From Thermoleophilia bacterium (GTDB lineage: Bacteria > Actinomycetota > Thermoleophilia > UBA2241), in contig JBAZPK010000001.1 in NCBI GenBank assembly GCA_041648235.1, forward strand, positions 1-50,350: DNA of 50,350 nucleotides, read 5' to 3'. The notes beneath the pieces are model-generated. The model saw only the letters and a list, made by a program, of their open reading frames with translations, was not told the DNA's origin and searched no databases. Positions 45,441 to 50,350 of the stretch are shown in pieces. The position numbers and the translations under genes are program-made. Numbering within the stretch: position 1 is the first letter of the stretch; the number at the start of each line of letters is the position of its first letter.

Positions 45441-46543
45441 TCCGCCTCCTCGGCCACGAGCACCAGGCAGTCCCGGTGCACGACCTCATCATCCAGTTGG
45501 GGGTTGAGCGCATGCAGTTCGTCGCTTCGCAGACCGTGCACGCGGCGCAGGTCCCGGGCGCTCATCGTGGACAGCCCCCGCGCCACCTCGACGCCGGCGG
45601 CGTCGACGATCGTCACGGCGTCGCCGGCGACGAAACCGCCGTGCACCGCCGTGACACCGACCGGCAGCAGGCTGCTGCCGCCCGAGGCCAAGGCGCGCAC
45701 GGCCCCGGCGTCCACTTCAAGGGTACCACGCACCGGCTTCGCGTAGCGCAGCCAGAGCTTGAACGCCGAGGCGCGCGCCGGCCGTGGCGCCACCATCGTA
45801 CCCACGGCCTCCCCGGCCGCCACCCTGGCGATCACGCCGGGCAGCGCCCCGTTGGCGATCACGGTGCGCACGTCGGCGGCGGCGGCCATGAGGCCCGCGG
45901 CGACCTTGCCGCGCATGCCGCCGGCCCCTCGCCGCGAGACCTCGCCGACCTCGAGCGCGGCCAGCTCGGCGGCACTCTCGACGCGCGCCACGAGGCGGGC
46001 GCCCGCGTCGCGCCGCGGGTCACTCGTGTACAGGCCATCCTGGTCGGTGAGCAGCACGAGCAGCTCGGCCCGCAACATGATGGCGACCTGCGCCGCGAGC
46101 ACGTCGTTGTCGCCGAAGCGGATCTCGTCGGTGGCCGTGGTGTCGTTCTCGTTGACCACCGGCACCACGCGCCACGAGAGGAGGCGCCGCAGCGTGTTGC
46201 GCGCGTTCACGTAGCTGGAGCGCCGGGCGAAGTCCTCGCTCGTGAGCAGCACCTGGGCGGCGATGAGCTCATGGTCGGCGAAGAGGCGCTCGTAGTGGGC
46301 GAAGAGCCGCCCCTGGCCGACGGCCGAGGCGGCCTGCAGCGCGGGCACCTGCCGCGGCCGCTCGCTGACTCCCAGCACGTGCTGGCCGCAGGCGATGGCG
46401 CCGCTCGAGACGAGCACCACACGCCGGCCGGCGTGCACGAGGCCGGCGACGTCAGTGGCCAAGCCGGCGAGCAGGCGCCGGCGCAGCCGCAGATGATCGT
46501 CGGCGACCGTGCTCGAGCCGACCTTGACGACGATGGTGTTCAC
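45437..46543 (-). CDS. proB: glutamate 5-kinase with C-terminal PUA domain
   Basis: The ORF-track frame is trimmed to GTG 46543 (VNTIVVKVGSSTV...). VLVSSGAI, FGDNDVLAA, and a PUA-like C-terminus (LLPVGVTAVHGGFVAGDAVTIVD). Confidence 0.9.
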   Translation of the reverse strand: MNTIVVKVGSSTVADDHLRLRRRLLAGLATDVAGLVHAGRRVVLVSSGAIACGQHVLGVSERPRQVPALQAASAVGQGRLFAHYERLFADHELIAAQVLLTSEDFARRSSYVNARNTLRRLLSWRVVPVVNENDTTATDEIRFGDNDVLAAQVAIMLRAELLVLLTDQDGLYTSDPRRDAGARLVARVESAAELAALEVGEVSRRGAGGMRGKVAAGLMAAAADVRTVIANGALPGVIARVAAGEAVGTMVAPRPARASAFKLWLRYAKPVRGTLEVDAGAVRALASGGSSLLPVGVTAVHGGFVAGDAVTIVDAAGVEVARGLSTMSARDLRRVHGLRSDELHALNPQLDDEVVHRDCLVLVAEEAE

Positions 46544-46550
46544 GCCGGCG

Positions 46551-46559
46551 ATTGTAGCA
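46551..46559 (-). promoter_or_regulatory. extended -10 element TGCTACAAT placed 7 nt upstream of the proB GTG (leaderless candidate)
   Basis: The minus strand reads CTTTGCTACAATCGCCGGCGTG. There is no SD, and the element lies in the 49-nt obg-proB spacer. Confidence 0.35.
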
Positions 46560-46592
46560 AAGCGACGCGCCGGCGGACGGTGTGGCCGCGGC

Positions 46593-47861
46593 TCACGCAA
46601 ACTCGAACTCCTGCTCGCCGAGGACGACGGTGTCGCCCGGCCGGGCGCCGGCGCGGCGCAGGGCATCGTTGAGGCCGGCGCGCTCGATCACTTCCTGCAG
46701 GTAGCGCACGGCGTCCTCGTTGCCCAGGTCGGCTCTGGCGAAGAGGCGCTCGAGCTGCGCCCCGCGCACCACGTACCGCTCACCGTCGCGCTCCACCGTG
46801 AAGGCGGCGAGGCGCCCGTCTGCCGGGCGCAGCACGGGGCCGACGTCCGCGGCGGCGGGCTCGGCCGCCGGCCGGGCCCGCGCCAGTGTCTCGCTGAGGG
46901 CCGCGATGAATGCCTCCAGCCCCTCCCCGCTCTGGGCCGAGGCCAGCAGCGCCGCCGCCGGCCAGGCGAGGCCGGCGAGGAACGCGCCGGCCTCCTCCCT
47001 TCCGGCAGTATCCAGAAGGTCGGCCTTGTTGACGACCACGACCGCCGGGCGCCGCAAGAGCTCGGCGCGGAAGGCCTCCAGCTCGCCGCGCACGGTCTCC
47101 AGCGCGTCCCCCCACGACTCCACTCCCTCCCCGCCGTCGAGCACGAAGACGAGGAGTGCCGTACGCTCGATGTGGGCCAGGAACCGGTGCCCGAGGCCCG
47201 CCCCCTCGCTGGCGCCCTCGATGAGCCCGGGGATGTCCGCGATCACGGCCGCCCCGGAGTCGAGGAGGAGCACCCCGAGGTTCGGTTCGAGGGTGGTGAA
47301 CGGGTACGCGGCGATCTTGGGGTGCGCTCTCGTGAGTGCGGCGAGGAGCGACGACTTGCCGGCGTTGGGCAAGCCGACGAGGCCGACGTCGGCGAGGAGC
47401 TTGAGGGAGAGCGTCAGCCAGAGCTCCTCGCCGATGAGCCCGCGCTCGGCGAACTTCGGCGCCTGCCGGGTGGAGCTCTTGAAGCAGACGTTGCCGCGCC
47501 CGCCCTCGCCGCCCTGCGCCACGACGAGGCGCTGGCCTTCGCGGACGAGGTCCCCGAGGAGGACGCCTTCGGCGTCCCGGACCTCCGTGCCGACGGGGAC
47601 ACGCACGACGAGCTCGGGCCCGTCGGCGCCGCGCTTGTTGGCGCCCCGCCCGTGGCCACCGTTCGCGGCGCGGAAGTGGTGCTTGTGGCGGAAGTGGCTG
47701 AGGTCGTGCAGCTGGCGCGTAGCCTCCAGCACGACGGCCCCGCCGGGGGCGCCGTCGCCGCCGTCGGGGCCGCCTTTCGGCACGTACTTCTCGCGCCGGA
47801 AGCTCATGGAGCCGTCGCCGCCGCGGCCGCCGCGCACGCAGATGCTTGCTTTGTCGAGCAT
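46593..47861 (-). CDS. obg: GTPase Obg/CgtA
   Basis: Glycine-rich Obg fold GGRGGDGSMSFRREKYVPKGGPDGGDGAPGG, G1 GLPNAGKSSLL, and an OCT-type C-terminal domain. Confidence 0.93.
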   Translation of the reverse strand: MLDKASICVRGGRGGDGSMSFRREKYVPKGGPDGGDGAPGGAVVLEATRQLHDLSHFRHKHHFRAANGGHGRGANKRGADGPELVVRVPVGTEVRDAEGVLLGDLVREGQRLVVAQGGEGGRGNVCFKSSTRQAPKFAERGLIGEELWLTLSLKLLADVGLVGLPNAGKSSLLAALTRAHPKIAAYPFTTLEPNLGVLLLDSGAAVIADIPGLIEGASEGAGLGHRFLAHIERTALLVFVLDGGEGVESWGDALETVRGELEAFRAELLRRPAVVVVNKADLLDTAGREEAGAFLAGLAWPAAALLASAQSGEGLEAFIAALSETLARARPAAEPAAADVGPVLRPADGRLAAFTVERDGERYVVRGAQLERLFARADLGNEDAVRYLQEVIERAGLNDALRRAGARPGDTVVLGEQEFEFA

Positions 47862-47892
47862 GGCGGGAGCCGCCGGCCGAAGCCGGCCGGCC

Positions 47893-48147
47893 TCAGGCCT
47901 CGGGGACGACCGAGATGAAACGCCCCGCGGCCTTCTGGCTGAAGACGATGCGGCCGCTCACCTTGGCGAAGATGGTGTGGTCGACGCCGATGCCGGCGTT
48001 CTCGCCGGGGCGGAACCTGGTGCCGCGCTGGCGCACGATGATCGATCCTGCCGTGACCACCTGGCCGGCGAACGCCTTGACGCCGAGGCGCTTCGCCTCG
48101 GAGTCGCGGCCGTTGCGGCTGGTGCCGGCGCCCTTCTTATGCGCCAC
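47893..48147 (-). CDS. rpmA: 50S ribosomal protein L27
   Basis: [24 protein letters not shown]...[11 protein letters not shown] start preceded by AAGGAG. Overlaps the rplU end by 11 nt. Confidence 0.95.
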   Translation of the reverse strand: MAHKKGAGTSRNGRDSEAKRLGVKAFAGQVVTAGSIIVRQRGTRFRPGENAGIGVDHTIFAKVSGRIVFSQKAAGRFISVVPEA

Positions 48148-48490
48148 CCTGCTTCTCCTTGCTCTCCTTGAGGGTGATCGACTCGATCGTCAGCTTGCTC
48201 AGCCGGCTGCGATGACCCTTCGTCTTCTTGAACGTGCTCTTGGGCTTGTAGGTGAAGACCTTGATCTTCTCGCCGAGCAGATGCTCGTTGACCTTGGCCT
48301 TGACCTTGGCGTGCTTCGCCTCGACGGCGTCGAAGGCGCCGCTCTCGGTACGCACGGCCAGGGTGTCGAAGGTGAGGCTCTTGCCCTCTTCCGCATCGAC
48401 ACGGTCGACGACGATCGTGTCGCCGGTACTCACTTTGAACTGCTGTCCACCCACGCGGATGACCGCGTAGGTGACGTCGGACTTCGTCAT
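48137..48490 (-). CDS. rplU: 50S ribosomal protein L21
   Basis: [28 protein letters not shown]... The ORF-track ORF is trimmed to ATG 48490, preceded by GGGGAG. Confidence 0.92.
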   Translation of the reverse strand: MTKSDVTYAVIRVGGQQFKVSTGDTIVVDRVDAEEGKSLTFDTLAVRTESGAFDAVEAKHAKVKAKVNEHLLGEKIKVFTYKPKSTFKKTKGHRSRLSKLTIESITLKESKEKQGGA

Positions 48491-48519
48491 GTCAACTCCC
48501 CACAAGACAACGGCAGACG

Positions 48520-48548
48520 ATGATAGCCAATCGACGAGAGCCCGTCAA
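48520..48548 (-). promoter_or_regulatory. rplU-rpmA(-obg) promoter (TTGACG - 17 nt - TATCAT)
   Basis: On the minus strand, TTGACG at 48548-48543 (overlapping the rne stop codon) and TATCAT at 48525-48520. Near-consensus hexamers with optimal spacing. The implied 5' UTR is about 20-25 nt. Confidence 0.55.
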
Positions 48549-50260
48549 TTTGACCCCTGCTTGAGTGCGGTCGCCTGGGCGCCGGTGCGCGCCGTGGCGG
48601 TGATGCGGACCTTGCGGCGTTCGCCGAGGAACTGGCGCCCGCCCTCGACGATGACCATGTAGCCGTCGACGTAGCCGACGGCGTCGCGAGGGCTGTAGGT
48701 GAGGCTGAACTCGAGCTCCACCTCGACCTCCTGCCCCTCACGCACCGGGATCCGCTGCTCCTGCACAGGCGCCACGGCCCCCTCGGCGAGCACGCGGAAG
48801 GTCTCCACCGGCAGGCCGGCGCCCCCCTCGAAGAAGACGCGCCGGCCGAGGCGCTTCTCGAGCCGCTTGAGCCGCTCGCCGACGAGGCGCTCGGCAACGC
48901 CGCCGCTGACCTCGACGAGCCATGCCTTGGCCGGCGACTTGCGGGCCAGGGCGCGCAGACGACGCTCGACGGACAGCGCCATGGTCTCCTCGCTGAGCAC
49001 GCGAGCCCTGCCGGCGCACACGGGGCAGGCACGCGTGAGGATGCCGCGGGCGCCGTCGGTGGTGTTCTGGCGCGTCATCTCGACCAGGCCGAGCGGCGAG
49101 AGCTCGACCACGTACGTCTTCGTGCGGTCGGTCTCGAGCTCGGCCTCGAGCGTCGCCAGGACCATCTCGCGGTTCTTGGCGAACGCCATGTCGATGAAAT
49201 CGATGACGATGATGCCCCCGATGTCACGCAGGCGGAGCTGGCGGACCACTTCGCGAGCGGCCTCGAGGTTCGTCTTCGTGATGGTGTCTTCAAGGCCCTT
49301 GCCGCGCGTGAAGCGCCCGGTGTTGACGTCGATCACCGTGAGCGCCTCGGCGTGGTCGATCATCAGGTTGCCGCCGCTCGGGAGCGGCACGCGGCGCTCC
49401 AGCGCCTTGGCGATCTGGTCCTCGATGCCGTAGGCCTCGAAGAGCGACTCGTCGCCGGTGTGGAGGTGCACCTTGGGCAGCAGCTCGGGCGCCTCTTTGT
49501 CGAGGAAGGAGACGATCGCCTTGTGGCGCTTGGCGTCGTCGACGATGAGGCTTTCGCAGGTGTCGTTGAAGAGGTCGCGGGTGACCTCGAGCGAGATGTC
49601 GACCTCCTTGTGCACAAGGCCCGGGGCGGCGACCGTCTCGGCCTTCTTCTTCAGGCGCGCCCAGAGGCGTGCGAGGTAGCGCAGGTCGCGCTTGAGGTCT
49701 TCCAGCCCGTGGCCTTCGGCGATGGTCCGCACGATCAAGCCGGCGTCCTTCGGCTTGAGCTCCTTGGAGACGTCGCGCAGGCGCTCGCGCTCCGATTGGC
49801 GCAGGCGGCGCGAGACCCCCACGCCGCTTCCGCCCGGCACGTACACGAGGTAGCGGCCGGCCAGCGAGACCTTGGTGCTCAGGCGGGCGCCCTTGTGCCC
49901 CATCGGGTCCTTGGTCACCTGCACGAGCACCTGCTGGCCGTTCTTGAGCGCGTCGGCGATGCGGCGGGGGCGTTTCTCGCCCTCGGCGACGGTGACCTCG
50001 TCCACGTACAGGAACCCGTTCTTCTCGAGGCCGAAGTCCACGAACGCGGCGTCGATGCCGCCGAGCACGTTCTCGACCTTGCCCTGGTAGATGTCTCCCA
50101 GGTAGGACTTCTTCTCGGGGCGCTCGATGTAGATCTCCGCCAGGCGGGCGTCCTCGACGAGGGCCACACGCAGCTCCTGGCCGTCATCGGTGACGAGGAT
50201 GATCTTGCGCTCGGGCTTCTCGGCGGCGATGGCGCCGCGCCGCGGCGGCAGCGTGGTCAC
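48545..50260 (-). CDS. rne: ribonuclease E/G family endoribonuclease (5' end may extend beyond the window)
   Basis: S1 domain GDIYQGKVENVLGGIDAAFVDFG, catalytic core ...LMIDHAEALTVIDVNTG...IGGIIVIDFIDM..., zinc-link CPVCAG. The ORF-track start is GTG 50260, but the frame stays open to 50350 and encodes an Arg/Lys-rich segment. Confidence 0.85.
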   Translation of the reverse strand: MTTLPPRRGAIAAEKPERKIILVTDDGQELRVALVEDARLAEIYIERPEKKSYLGDIYQGKVENVLGGIDAAFVDFGLEKNGFLYVDEVTVAEGEKRPRRIADALKNGQQVLVQVTKDPMGHKGARLSTKVSLAGRYLVYVPGGSGVGVSRRLRQSERERLRDVSKELKPKDAGLIVRTIAEGHGLEDLKRDLRYLARLWARLKKKAETVAAPGLVHKEVDISLEVTRDLFNDTCESLIVDDAKRHKAIVSFLDKEAPELLPKVHLHTGDESLFEAYGIEDQIAKALERRVPLPSGGNLMIDHAEALTVIDVNTGRFTRGKGLEDTITKTNLEAAREVVRQLRLRDIGGIIVIDFIDMAFAKNREMVLATLEAELETDRTKTYVVELSPLGLVEMTRQNTTDGARGILTRACPVCAGRARVLSEETMALSVERRLRALARKSPAKAWLVEVSGGVAERLVGERLKRLEKRLGRRVFFEGGAGLPVETFRVLAEGAVAPVQEQRIPVREGQEVEVELEFSLTYSPRDAVGYVDGYMVIVEGGRQFLGERRKVRITATARTGAQATALKQGSN

Positions 50261-50350
50261 GGCGGTGCCCAGGCCGCTGCCCTCGTCCTGGCGGACGATG
50301 GCCTTGGGCCGGCGCCGGTCGCGCCCGCGCGGCTTGGCCTCGCGGACGGG

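Noticed and set aside
47872-47887. The GCCGGC-UUCG-GCCGGC hairpin between rpmA and obg as a terminator.
   Set aside because: It has only a 6-bp stem, no U-tract, and a 31-nt spacer within a conserved rplU-rpmA-obg operon. At most it is a processing or stability element, and it cannot be supported further from sequence alone.
48491-48544. A ribosomal-protein L21 leader RNA upstream of rplU.
   Set aside because: The near-consensus promoter leaves only about 20-25 nt of 5' UTR, which is too short for a structured leader.

Overview
Very GC-rich (about 70% or more by eye, not computed), gene-dense chromosomal core from a Gram-positive bacterium. It is most likely a deep-branching member of Actinomycetota. 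This is an inference from gene order: orphan parA/scpA/scpB/rluB...cmk/plsC/der, metK/priA/def/fmt/rsmB/rpe/ribD..ribH and pdxS/pdxT/yebC/ruvCAB follow actinobacterial synteny, while rpmB facing asp23/yloV/degV/recG, plus yqeK and DUF512, look Firmicutes-like. I call 54 protein genes, 53 on the minus strand (only rpmB is on plus). At least 15 junctions are 4-nt start/stop overlaps. The genes cover DNA repair and replication restart (recG, priA, ruvCAB, dinB), riboflavin, aromatic amino acid, proline, PLP, NAD, isoprenoid and phospholipid metabolism, queuosine modification (queH-queA-tgt), translation factors and ribosomal proteins (rpmB, rplU-rpmA-obg, der, rsfS, an EF-G2-type paralog, def-fmt-rsmB), chromosome segregation and division (parA-like, ftsZ, scpAB) and RNase E/G. 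Regulatory elements I can read directly are an FMN riboswitch with an intrinsic terminator upstream of ribD, a perfect 24-nt palindromic LexA (Cheo-type) box over the dinB start, several sigma-70-like promoters (three implying leaderless mRNAs) and a few terminator-like hairpins. I saw no rRNA, tRNA, CRISPR array, transposase, integrase, phage or recognisable defence genes, and no intergenic gap longer than about 190 nt. Bottom line: this is an ordinary, almost fully explained housekeeping region, and I cannot point to a convincing new biological system. The most unusual items are ftsZ removed from a dcw context and overlapping an orphan ParA ATPase gene, a radical-SAM/PDZ DUF512 gene wedged between ispH and der, rsfS without a canonical start codon, an EF-G paralog with an altered NKxD motif, and an unexplained structured metK leader. 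Most plus-strand ORFs and many long ORFs in the supplied track are GC-driven shadow frames.
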